Origin: Phoronis australis
Taxonomy: Eukaryota > Animalia > Phoronida
DNA length: 64,000 nt
Assembly (NCBI GenBank): GCA_002633005.1
Contig: NMRA01000261.1
Location: 522,861-586,860, forward strand
Direction: 5' to 3'
Positions 11,500 through 23,205 of this stretch are shown here, piece after piece. The position numbers were made by a program, and so were the translations under genes. The notes under the pieces were generated by a model, which was given only the letters and a program-made list of their open reading frames with translations, did not search any database and was not told the origin of the DNA. How positions within the stretch are numbered: position 1 is the first letter of the stretch; each line of letters opens with the position of its first letter.

Positions 11500-13800
11500 T
11501 TTTGGGGAGATCAATTCTTAACTTCAACACAGGAAAGCTGGCTGCCGAAGCTATGGTTGGTGTTGATAATCGCCAGTCCATTGGACGGCGCTCTTGTGCC
11601 ATGGGAAACCTCAGGTACGTTTTTGTCAGTTTCAACTTAGAAAAAATCCACGAGTACACACTATCATAGAGACGCACATAAATTTGTGTAAGCTTACAAC
11701 TCACTAACGTCATGTTTACGAATGAGTGTGACTTACTCCGTAGCTGGCATGTGTTTCTTGGATAGGTGTGGAACGTTCCCAATCTATCTAGTTGGCCAGT
11801 CGGGTCAAAGTTATCGCTATCTGTGAAAGTTTACGTCTTCGAGCCACTTGCATTTGTAGCTGGGAGAGGCAGTATCTAGAAAGTGAGGGTAAAGAATACT
11901 CAAAACTTCTCTTTGACCTCAACGGACTACATGAACTGTTCCTTTAAAGACAGGCTGTCACAGTCCCACCACAAAACATTAAAGGAGGTTTTTTTCTAAC
12001 TCCTCATGGCTTCAATCTATGATTCGCCAGCTACAATTACACGAAGGGCAGTTTGATAAGAGCTTGTAAAGTACATGTATTAAGTATATTATGCCATAGC
12101 AATCAAAATGTGAAAGAACGGGAGACTTAAAAATCTCTAGGTGTACAGTTAAGTTGGCGTGTGACAAGATTCGATGATTTTATTAGTTTTCGATTTTCTA
12201 GTAGGGTGTTGGATGAAGGAAACTTAATCACCTAACAAGATTGCAAAGTGCCTAGGAGAATCTTTGAGTAGAATTGCTTCATCGTTAAGTTTTATGTAGT
12301 AATGTTGGTCATCATTTAAGTAAGGCAGAGTGGACATATTTTGAGAAGGTGATTTCGACACTTTTTATGGTTTAAAGCCCAGGTCTAGTGCCGTGTCGTC
12401 GGCGGACAGGTATGTACTATGCGTTCTCAGTGAGAGATCGTTAATGTAAATTGAAATCAGAAGACCGTGGACAAAACTCTGGGAGAAACTAGCCTTGGCG
12501 AAGCCAGACAGGGAAAATGTCGAAAGGAATCCATCGGTCTGCATGCTGTATGTTTTAGTGATCTGTATGAGGACAGGAAGTTTAAATTTCCCGTAGTTTG
12601 AAGAGAAGGGGTCGTGTGGTACACAGTCAAAGGCTGATGCTATATCTAAGAAGATGAACCCAACACTATCATCTCTGGATCAAACGTAACTGCTTTTTGT
12701 GTTATTTTGGTAAGTTGCGATCCAACACGTCAGGTAAAAGTCAAAATGGCGATGGTGTTAAACTTATTCGACTACCGAAGATGTGTGAGGATGTTCTGGG
12801 TAAGGAATTTCTCGAAAAGTTTTGTTAGAGAGTATGGGAGTGTAATAGGATGGTGCTTAATAAAATGAATTTTGAAGTATCCTCAGTGTTTCACCACAGT
12901 TATATGCTTCCAGAGAGAAGTCGAGTATGTCCCAAACTGAAGGGCTCTGTTAGGTGAGAGAAATGGTAAGTTTTGGGGAGCTCATTTGGATCGTTATCTA
13001 CGTTTTGCCGTCGTTATTGTTGAGGTCTATCTCTCTTATATAATTGCCGACGTTAAATGGGTTAGGCAGTTTTAGGTGTTGTAGAATTTGTGCCCGTAAA
13101 CGTTTCTGGGAGATTGTCTTCATTTGTAAGTACGATGTGATTATTGTTTGTGAAGAAAAGAAGTCACTCTAATCATTGGTAAAAATTGCCCTTTTCTATT
13201 TAAGTAGCCCGCGTAGTGTGGGTTATGAATAGATATACCCTCTGAATGTTCGTGGCCTATAAATTCGATTTCTTTTCTTTATTTCCTTTTTGGTGTAGCT
13301 GTTTAACCTAGGCCAGGTATTGTCTTTTATCATTTTTTGGCTACACGGAATACTGTTTTTTTAATGTCGTATTGGGTGTTTGAAAACATGAAATGAGTTT
13401 ATCCGCGCCATCCGTTTAAAACTGAATTCCATCAAAAGGAATTAATGTCATCATGTCGTAGTTTCTCAGTGTTGACTTGATTAATATCTCCACACCTTTC
13501 TAGTGATATTAGTTGTGGTTGTTGACTTGATTATGTCTTCGTGTGATTCTTGTCATATCAGTAGGTTCCTTTGTCGGCTTGATGAGTGCCAGTATGATTT
13601 CGAAATTGTGATGATCTGAGTGGTCTATTGAAGATCTGACAGAAGCTGATTCGATAATACATAGGTTGTTTGTTATGCAAAGATCTATACACGTTTGCGG
13701 CATATGTGTAATTTGTGTTGGCTCATGCATTAGCTGTACACAATCAGTGTTGAGTAAAGGGTCAACAATTCAAGCCCGCTATTTATCATATGAGTATCGT
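11500..13800 (-). mobile_element. Decayed CR1/L2-type LINE remnant (endonuclease end + RT)
   Basis: Broken frames retain TCIDLCITN..SDH (APE end, ~13600-13700), FLDIASAFDCVPH (~12615-12655), IYINDL and YLSADDTAL (~12385-12455), with many stops and frameshifts. Confidence 0.7.
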
Positions 13801-14271
13801 TAAACCCCAGTCGATCATGGCATCACGAACGTTAAAAAGCTACTTTTATGATTCTGGGTGCCAAACTCAAATAACTTGTCGTATGTTTTGAAATACAATT
13901 TTCTTTCAGATTATGACTGAGAAAGTAAAATGTTAGGAAATCATAATGTATATTTGTAATCGATGTATACTGCAATCTAACAGTTACGTAACTTGGGGAT
14001 TATTTCGCCAGTGCATACAATGTAGTGAAGGGGGTCATCATATCCAGCACTGAGGCCTACTGGTCCAAATACCGGCGAGTGTTATTATAGTGCCGCGAAT
14101 AAGCAAACATTTAGTTGCTCATCTCGTGCTGCTGTGTAAGTTTCACAACGTTGCATGTTGGACAGAATGTTATGCTGGGGACATTGTTGTCCCACAAACG
14201 CACTGTCTGCAGTGTGTCATTATCGTATCGCGTGTCAAACGTCGAGATTGCTTGCATTTTGCACTCACACG

Positions 14272-14407
14272 GGCTCGCACGATACACAGTAGGCACGCAC
14301 GATACACAGTACGCTCGCACGATACACAGTAGGCTCGCACGATACACAGTAGGCACGCACGATACACAGTAGGCACGCACGATACACAGTAGGCACGCAC
14401 GATACAT
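14272..14407. repeat. 20-bp minisatellite (GCACGATACACAGTAGGCAC), about 6.5 copies
   Basis: Directly visible tandem units; they account for the overlapping repetitive ORFs. Confidence 0.95.
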
Positions 14408-15236
14408 TTAACTGCATAAATGAATAAAATTCAACTCCTGAAAATGTGCGTTTCGACCAGATATTTCTTGCAAGCTTGCAAATCATTCTTATAAGTCAAA
14501 CAAAAACACTACTTTACCAACCAGGTCCTTAATTCGCAACCCCGTCTCTCCCATTTCTTGTCCACCCCTCTAATTTTGGTCCCTTTATCCCATCCAAAAA
14601 CCTTTGTTCTCATTGCTTGAACAACCATAATTCCTATATCACTGGATTTCCTAACATTTCAATCACTTTCCAAAAAGACTGAAAATTATTCTTCGGTTAG
14701 AAAGACTGCGAAATAAACACTTATCGTGATGTTAATTAAATGTTAGTTACATGTTAATTACACTCTTATATATTTATCTTCATGCTAATTACATGCTTAT
14801 ATATATTTGTATATGCAAGGCTAAATAATTATAATTTTTTCGCGACTGTCCTATTTTCCCCGGAAACAAAGATTTCATTATATTCATTCCAGCTTTCTTG
14901 ATAACACGTCACAGTAACGGCCGGTTTGGGACCAAACACATTCACCCAAGCCTTATCCAATATCAAACGGTAGCAATTTGTTATTAAATTTGATAGGCGA
15001 GAAAAATAGAGTGACAGATGACAAATGATTATGAAAAATGAAACACATTAGGTAGTGAGGCTGCTTTCAATTTCTTACAATTGTTGGTTTGATTGTGGCA
15101 ATTTTATTGGTCGTATCAAAAGCAAAATTTTGTCACAGTGAAATTTTCATGAAACAGTGTGCCTTCAACGGACCACAAGCTTAAAGTGTAACGTCCTTAC
15201 AAATACAAACCATGTACATACTACTGTAGGTGCATG

Positions 15237-15371
15237 CATGAGCAGCGCACCATAGGGGGATGGGGGGCTATAGCCCCCTTTTTTCAGTGCTGCGCTACCC
15301 ATGAAGTTACGACAATCTATTCTTTGACNGGGGCTACGGACCCCCATTTTTTCAGTGTTGCGCCGCCCATG
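15237..15371 (+). repeat. Doublet of ~65-bp GC-rich mini-element
   Basis: Same unit; the second copy follows a single-N join. Confidence 0.7.
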
Positions 15372-18300
15372 GCATGGAAACTCTGGCTCTGTTGAAGATG
15401 TAAGATTATGAAGATGATTTGTATTTTATAGTTGACTGTCTACTTACTCCCCGAATACTAAACGTTTCACACAAAAACAGACTAGAAGCATTGAAATTAT
15501 TATTCCTGCATTTTCCTGGACAACAAGTTTGTTAAGTCGGCGTACGAGCGTGCGATTTTTATATTTAAATTTCATTTGATGAAGCTGCATTTTCTCAGTA
15601 GCCTACTTTGCTGCCATCACCCACACAAACAAACTTTACGGTATATTAACTGCGACTTCGAAAGCGGCGCATGTAAGCATGCGCATTGGCTGTTACTTGA
15701 GCTCGCTGGTTGCCTGCGAGCCGCTAGGTGGCCAGTACCAAGTACGCAAGTATCACTTAATTTTCCTCGGGAAATTTTTTTACACCGGCGTTTCTGATTG
15801 GCTAGTCGAATTCTCAACACTGAGGCAGCGCTTTACGCAAACAAACTGGCATGACTGATGGACTATGTGGTCTGTTGTACATACAATTCGGTGCTTAAAA
15901 TTTATGTTCGGGAAATGTGAATCCTAGAAATTATGATTGCGCCTTTTCGGATTGCATCTTTCTACTATTGATGACTTTGTTTACGATACTGTCCTGTATT
16001 CATACAGTATGAATAACACACCGGTTAAATCGGCCAGATATGTGTTTATTGTACATGTATGTGCTTCAAGCACGCGGCTATTAAACAACACTGCAAAAAC
16101 GAAATATTTGCTGCGACGCCACTTGCATGACAAGGCTAAAAATCGTTCACAGTCCGCCATTTTTTCGCGTTGTTGTAAAGCTAACCAATGATTGCTGAGG
16201 TTACATCAACCAATGCTAAAGTGCGTGTCACTGCGTGATACCTGCGTGCTGGCTAGGCACGCTAGGGAACCAGCGAGTGACTTGAGTTGCTAGTTCATTG
16301 GGCAAAAAAACCAAACGAGCGCGGTGATATTTTAAAACCCTAAAGCGCGTCGGTTAAGAATTCAACCCTGGCAACTGAACAGCGGCGAAATCACCCTTTA
16401 TATTGTTATTATGATTATATTCTTATTATGTTTCATCCTGAAATAACCGTAAATAAGCTCAATTAGGATGGGGTGCATATTGTTATTGCAAGGGCATATT
16501 TTGCCGATGTTAATGAACAATTTACTTGTCACTCTAAGAAATAAACACGACTACTGACACTAAACTAGAACCACGTTTTTTATTGTTTATTTTGATTTGA
16601 ATAAGTAATTATATCATGCATGCTGGGTACTAAAGGTGTATACAAATTTGTGTCATACATGTACGCATGCTAGCAGTGGCTATCGCCCAGGGACCGAATT
16701 ATTCCGTGATTTGATGTGACAGTATTGTAATTATCGGATAATTCGTCTGATTATTGCTCGGGTTAATTCCTTCTGCTATGCACTCAATGCTGACTTGCCT
16801 CCTAATCCGAGAGGATAAGTACCTACTGTGTATTATCCCCTTTATGAAAAGACCGAATTATCGTAGGGTACCTAGAACAACGGCAATACCATCACTGTTC
16901 TTGACTGCACTTCTAGGGCCTGTTTTGTGAAGGTCAGAACGGTCCCTTAGACTGTCGAAATTATACGTGTCTGAGAACGTGATGCTGGCTCTTGAAAAAA
17001 CGAAACGGTGCTGACTAAAACAATTCTCTCAAACTCCACGCAGACTATATTACACAAATCGGCATTAAATGGGTGCATTCTGTCAAAATCAAGTTTTAGA
17101 GTTATCAAACTGATCTTATCTTGTTCCTAACTAAATTTAGAAGAGATATTTGTGCTCGGGAAAAACTGATAGTTCGTTAGGGGCCTACTTTTTCAGACCA
17201 GGCTCAAAGATTTCAGGTCTAAATCACAAAAGTTGGATTCTTCGAGGGAACGCGGTTTTATCTTCATGAATCAACGAACTGTGTGCCAGTATTAAAGGCG
17301 TGCTTACGACGGTCTTAGCTAGGACAGGACGCACGACCTTTGAAAAAATGAAGCGCTAAACTGCACAATCTATCTTGCCTGGAAGAAAAGAAATACGAAC
17401 AAAAACGATGTGTTCTTGCCTTAATTTTTGGCCACTGGCCATTCACTACTTGCACGAATTCGCCATTATGCTTGAGAACGAGGTGTTGTGTCCAATGTAC
17501 AACGGTTCTGCATGTTAGCAACACGCCGTGCTTTCACGTTGGCGTTTTAAAAATTGATGCTAAAACGAGGCATTGTGTGCTAAACAACAATTTTTGTAGC
17601 GCCACCAAAGTGTGCACGTAGTAAATTGACGTCAACAGTAATCACTTTTATTACTATCGTAAATCGTGATTTATGTTTGTCCGACATTCTCAAACAATAC
17701 GAGTCCTTAAAACTGTTAACAAACAGGCTTTCAATTTATCGAAGTCCCACATTTCATGTTTTTATTTTCCTCAATGTTTAATTGCCGAAAACGAAAAATG
17801 AATTAAGAAACTCTACTGTCATGAAATCGGATTCCAATCCAACAAGAACATTGGAACCATAACTAAAGAAAGGGCGATCTGATTTCATTCGGGTTGTCCA
17901 CGCCCTAAAATTGCAAATTCGGAAATGGCCCGTGCACGCATTGTTTGATATGAGTTGCGGCGATCGATAATTCAAGCACGGAAGAGAGCGATATTTTTTA
18001 AAACTTCTTAAAGCGATTCGATTCAGAATCCAAGTAAAACGTAGTGACGAAGTACCCCTTGAAGTGTTACAAGCATTTAAGTGTCTCTTTTGTGTCTAGA
18101 GAGACCCATTCCATTATCTTCCTCTCGTAGTCCATCAACTGCACACCCAGGGCAAATGAAGATAGACTAGTAAGATGCACAGGAGGCAAATGAGGAATTT
18201 GTACCGATCTCGGACGGGGTGATCGCATACGGAATAGAATGCGTTTGGGCCCCACCCCCCTACATATTATGTAATGAGAGCAGGGAGCCACAACCACACC

Positions 18301-18499
18301 GTCCCTACTGCGCATGCGTTCAGTTATACTACCGCCAGTGTGACACCGGTAAGGCAACGCTAAGTTAAATTTTTTCGGGGCCCTAATTAAAGGTATAAAA
18401 AGTCTGGGGTCGGCCCTAATAATGTGAGCAGCCGGCCCGGTCTCTACAATTTTTCCATCCATTCTGTTCCCCTAAGTAAAAAAATTTCACCGAGCTATC

Positions 18500-19506
18500 C
18501 AGTGGCCGATCTAGGATATCACAAATGGGGGCCCAACATTTCGTCCGTAAACATTTGCTCAAAACACGATTGTATCTATGCGCATGGCATCGAATGGGGG
18601 GTGGTCGGGAGGGGGGTTTGTCCCCCTCTCGCCCAGGAAATTGTTCTGTTTTTTCCTATAAAAATCAAGCATTTTACTTGATTCCCGAAGTATTATCCAA
18701 GAAAAAAGGCAAAGACAAAAACACGGAGACAGCGTCAAGCAGGAAAAACTGCAAGTATCACAGACTCGATCTCACGACCTGGCGAATAGAACGCGCGTGC
18801 TTTGCCACTGCACCACCACTATTTAACTCCTAATTTAATACTAAGACACGTACTTATTTATGTTCCACATCGTTTGCGCGCGAAACCACCTTCTTTTGCA
18901 ATGCTTATTACTACATGTTTGATATTTTGTGCAATCAGTTCGTAACAATTTTGTTGTATTTAAAATAGTCTTCAATTGCCCAAAAGACCAAATCCGTTTT
19001 TTGTGTTGGCAATACTGACGCGATTGCCTTGGTAATCGTCTTAAATTAAGGTTTGACAAAGAGAGAATTATGAGTTTCTGAGTGATTCACTAAGGCTTCG
19101 ATTAAAATTGACATCTTACCAGCAGCTTCTGTTTTTTCATCATCACTCAGATTCCATTTTCTTTAAAAAATGAAGTAATTTTCTTCATTGCAGTGAAGCA
19201 GACGACGGAAACGGAGTCATAGTGCCAAGCGCCACCGCCGGTCGCTTGGGATATCGCGGGAGAGCTTATACTTATCCATAGTTCCGTTACGATTGCGCCG
19301 TGTTCCAAATTTGACGCTTGAAATTGAATCTGAACCCCTCCAACACTAAAACTGCACACATTTAAATCTTGTTTCAGTCATATAATTTTAATTACCAGGG
19401 TTTATTAATAAACTCAACATTTCCCTACGCTCTTGCTCAGGTTTTATTTTTTGCGGCAGCCAAGGGGGGGGGGGGGCGCTAGGGCCTCCTCCTAAATCCG
19501 CCTATG
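18500..19506. mobile_element. MITE-like element with imperfect 17-bp TIRs and a 5-bp flanking duplication CTATC
   Basis: CAGTGGCCGATCTAGGA...TCCTAAATCCGCCTATG (13/17 match); CTATC at 18495-18499 and 19507-19511; G-rich subterminal tracts. Confidence 0.55.
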
Positions 19507-20598
19507 CTATCCCTGTGGCCGCAGCGATGCAGCATCTTTTATGCGGGCCCCTTAAGTTGTAGCTTATTTATTTGTATATGTCGTCACTGCTCTGAGAGCA
19601 GTTTTCGTATGGTCAGTAATGCACTGTTCAGGGAACAAAATAGGGATCAAACACCCATGTCGGACAACAATCTCGGTCCTCTAAACACAGTTCACGATCC
19701 CACCAACAGCCTTGCACTCAAAAAACACGGCTTTCGCACCCCAAAAAGTACGGCTCCAGGACCCCAACGAGGTTTCGGAACACTTATGTACGAAAATTAC
19801 AGACACTTCGCTGAACCATGCACATGATTTTTAGCGATGTGAGAGTGCCATCTCTTTTGATACGCAAGCCGTATCACTTGCAAGAATGTCCGGAGCCGTA
19901 TTTGTAAACCATTGGGCTGATTTTACGGGTTCGCGAGCCGTTTTCACGACTGCTTGAGCCGTGTTCTTTCTGTAGTCAGCCGTTTGTTACAAGTTTGTGC
20001 ACAATGCCCTCTGTCCATGTTGCTGTGTGTCATATGTTATCACTGCAAGGTAGTTCATCCGATGACCTATGGATATTATACATGTACATGTACGTCAAAC
20101 AACACGGAGTTGTATTATCCCTGCTCAAGCAGTCTGTTAATAATTGCTGTATCCGAGTTTGGTGAATAAGACCGCTAAAATTCAATTTCTTGTACATTAT
20201 ACGAATCATGATCTTTGATCCAGGAACAAAAAGACCCTGAAGCCAAATGTCCTTGCATTCTTTAAAGGCGAAGGCAACCGTTTTCCATGTTATTTTGAGC
20301 TAAAATAAGGTGGGTTGGTTATCCTAGACATATTTTCCACTTAATTACAGCTTTTCGTAATTTTATTAATTACTCGTCCGCTACTGCGGAAGTGACGTTT
20401 TAGGAGGCAAGCGTCTCCCGCCACTTGGTTTTGCGTTGACTTTACCGTGCGAATCTGTTCTATTCTACTTTTGTTTTGTGCTGTTTTTCAACAATTGTCG
20501 CCACACTTTCCATCGGCGAGTATTCTGCGGCAAGATAGGTTAGTAAAGAACTCAACTAAGTTGGATTTAGGGATTGTTTAGTGTGTTGTAAGCTGAAA

Positions 20599-20900
20599 AT
20601 GGCTGGAGTCGGTGACCCGTATCACAGTGACAGTAATGTGAATGACGGAGACCTTGTTCATAGCAGTGGTGACGAGGAATTTTTTCACGGACATTCAGTG
20701 GGTGGGTACATGTTTGAGCCCGAGTATAACGAGGCAGAGTACGCACAGGCAGCTGTTGAGAGAAACGAGGCGGCTACTGAGGACAGACGTGGTGGCACAT
20801 CTTGGTGCAAATGCACTGTGTGCGTTGTTATGCCTACCTCAATGGAATGCTTGTGCTGTTCAGAGTTCGACGAGGCCAAGCCACTACTGGACATGGTTAA
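20599..20900 (+). pseudogene. KolX / P2X7 cytoplasmic-ballast-like Cys-rich protein, N-terminal fragment
   Basis: YMFEP followed by WCKCTVCVVMPTSMECLCCSE matches the Zn-binding Cys pattern of KolX and the P2X7 C-terminus. After about 20900 the ORF runs into antisense transposase sequence (stop 20988). Confidence 0.75.
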
Positions 20901-21687
20901 GTGGACCTCTGGCATACCACGGACAGAGGAACAACTGTCCCACTTGCCAGAGTGTCCCGCGACACACTCCCACTGGATGGTGACCTGAGCACCCAAACTG
21001 CTTACATCGTGTCGTGTGACTCCCTCGCCACACACCTGGCACCTTCTAAATAGCTCCAACACTTTAGACAAGTCCACAATAAACTTATCAAAGTTTGGCT
21101 CACCGATCTGTTCACTGGACGACGAACTGTCCTCTTCACTGGGTGTCGAACTGGGCCTGTAATCACTCCCACTACTCAATATCGCTGCAGGGCTGCTTAG
21201 AGGCTCTGGGCTGGAGAAAACAGCACAGGGCGAATCACTACTGGTTCCAGGAATTGCACGCTCTGGGGTACGTTCGGAGGCACGGGTGACAGTAGATGAA
21301 GTGCCTCCACTGGCTCCAGTCACTGTACTGGCCACAGCTCGCGAGGCTTCTCGCTTCAAAAACGCACTTCTCGGGGGGTGGCGATGGGGCACTGCCGGGA
21401 ATCAACACAGACGGAATGGCATCCTTCTTCAGACGTTGTTTCGCAGGGACCTTCATCAGTTCAGCGTACAAATCCCTTTCGTAATCGGACGGCAGAAAGT
21501 GCTTGCCACACACACGGTAATTCTCCACTGCTTTGTACGTTGCGTGGACGGGTAACGCTGCGTTCTTCACACGAACGAGCCAAGTACGGCGAAGTGTGTC
21601 ATCCATCGGAAAGCGATGCAAAGGTACTCCCAAAGCGCGCGGGAGCCGATAATTAGTACATTCCGGTACGCAGCAACAGTGTGGCAT
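20900..21687 (-). pseudogene. Truncated, frameshifted THAP-domain transposase N-terminus
   Basis: C2CH THAP signature (CCVPEC..HRFP..W..VCGKHF..RLKKDAIPS). A +1 frameshift in the G6 run at 21373-21378 (G5 in copy 3) precedes an acidic linker and FIVDL..CQVCG..WECVAGH..W. No DDE core. Confidence 0.82.
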
Positions 21688-22277
21688 GTTGACTGACTAG
21701 TAAATGAAAGCAAACGACGACGGAACTTAACACAACCGAGGTAGAACAATGACTGACTCGGCAGCTCTCACAGTCAGACTATATGAAAAGAAATTGGCGC
21801 GAAATGCTTGCCTCCTAAAACGTCACTTCCGCAGTAGCGGACGAGTAATTAATAAAATTACGAAAAGCTGTAATTAAGTGGAAAATATGTCTAGGATAAC
21901 CAACCAACCTTATTTTAGCTCAAAATGACATGGAAAAAGGTTGCCTTCGCCTTTAATAATAACCCTAGATCAGATTTTTTAAAGCCCGAATATAATAGCT
22001 CACTTTCTGAGCTAAATATTTGTATTTAATGTTATATTCCGTTATTTGTGCAGCAATAAAAAAATCAGATTTTCAGGGCCCCCCAGATTAATTTTCTCAC
22101 AATTATTATTTTTATTTCACCAAATGTTAAGGTTCGACTGCAGCAGAGCACCATGTTGAAAATTGTAACCGTGGTGGCTCACCATATAACAATTGTTTTA
22201 GAAGTACAACAGCTAAGACTTAACTAATAGGCACAAACAAACAACAGGCACCAACAGAGGGCATTACAAACATGAAG

Positions 22278-22283
22278 TTTATT
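22278..22283 (-). promoter_or_regulatory. Candidate ERI1 polyadenylation signal AATAAA
   Basis: AATAAA on the minus strand about 370 bp downstream of the ERI1 stop. Confidence 0.45.
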
Positions 22284-22414
22284 AAAACTACTACAAAGTT
22301 TCCATGGCACTTCAAGATTTAAGACTGTCTAACCAACGAATGCGCAGGCCGCACATGTGGGCCCGTTGCACTGATCACCTGGAACTATTTTTGTGCTTCA
22401 TTAGGATATAGTTA

Positions 22415-22533
22415 AAACCGACCTGAGGAGATAGAAACCCGACTCAAGGGTCCAGCAGTGTGACCCAGTGGGACTCGAATCCACAACCTTGAGTAAAGAA
22501 GACAGGCACCATCACACTAGGCCACACTGCCTC
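22415..22533 (-). mobile_element. tRNA-derived SINE-like fragment in the presumed ERI1 3' UTR
   Basis: Minus strand: A-box-like TGGCCTAGTG and B-box-like GATTCGAGTCC at tRNA-like spacing; no acceptor stem. Confidence 0.55.
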
Positions 22534-22655
22534 TTTAAAGAGCCTGAGTTAATTTTTTTCAACATCAACAAGACGGTATGGCATGTCCAGCCTTGAAGAA
22601 GTAAAAAGTATCATGGTGAACACAGGAAAATTTAGAAAGTGAATTTTTCTGTTTT

Positions 22656-23205
22656 CTAGTTTTTCTGCAGTTTGTAATACCTAATCAAATCAGCAGATGC
22701 TTCAAAACAGTCCACATTACATGGCGTTCCCTCTTCCTTCAAGTTCATATTGGACACTCCCTGCTCCAGATCCAACACATCAGCAGTTTCCTCCCCGCTA
22801 CCATCCAGTAATACTGGATCACAGTCACTCTCTTCAGATGAGTCGCACGATGCCTGTTCAGCATCTTGTCTCGATACGGGCTCAACCTCTGCCAACACAC
22901 AGTTCATTTCACTCAGACGTTGGAGTTTATATGGCAAGAGTCTCTCGTTAACTCTCAGTTCAGCACCATCCTCCAACATTCGAAGAACAATTCGAGCGAT
23001 GTTTCTAGCATCATCCAAACCACTGTGATGCCGTCCTTCAAATGCCATGCCCAGATTATCCAGCATCGCAGGCAAATTGAGTCTTTGAGTACCATAAAAG
23101 TTACTATAGCATTTTTTTATGTTGATCCACTTTTTGGCCCATTTAGGATACTTAACACGACTTAGAAGGCACTGTCCAAACAAAAAGCGACTAAAATCCC
23201 AAGGC
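22656..23205 (-). CDS. ERI1: ERI1 terminal coding exon (ExoII/ExoIII motifs, acidic tail)
   Basis: Acceptor ttcag at 23206-23210. Reads PWDFSRFLFGQC...WINIKKCY...LGMAFEGRHHSGLDDARNIARI to the stop at 22656. Confidence 0.92.

Larger units (their letters stand above)
20266..21952 (-). mobile_element. Non-autonomous Kolobok-type DNA transposon, copy 1 (THAP transposase stub + convergent KolX stub)
   Basis: TTAA on both sides (20262-20265, 21953-21956). Termini AGGCGAAGGCAACC...GGTTGCCTTCGCCT with ~150-bp TIRs. THAP ORF on minus and Cys-rich ORF on plus, convergent, with the centre deleted. Confidence 0.88.

Noticed and set aside
11368-11640. (CV)n ORF
   Set aside because: Translation of the TG microsatellite.
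14090-14486. Cys-rich and repetitive ORFs; CRISPR-like look
   Set aside because: Translations of a 20-bp minisatellite with no unique spacers and no cas genes; the context is eukaryotic.
20266-21952. piggyBac assignment based on TTAA, or a host THAP/P2X7 gene
   Set aside because: Termini are AGG...CCT rather than CCY, the THAP plus KolX-like layout fits Kolobok, and both ORFs are truncated inside TIRs.
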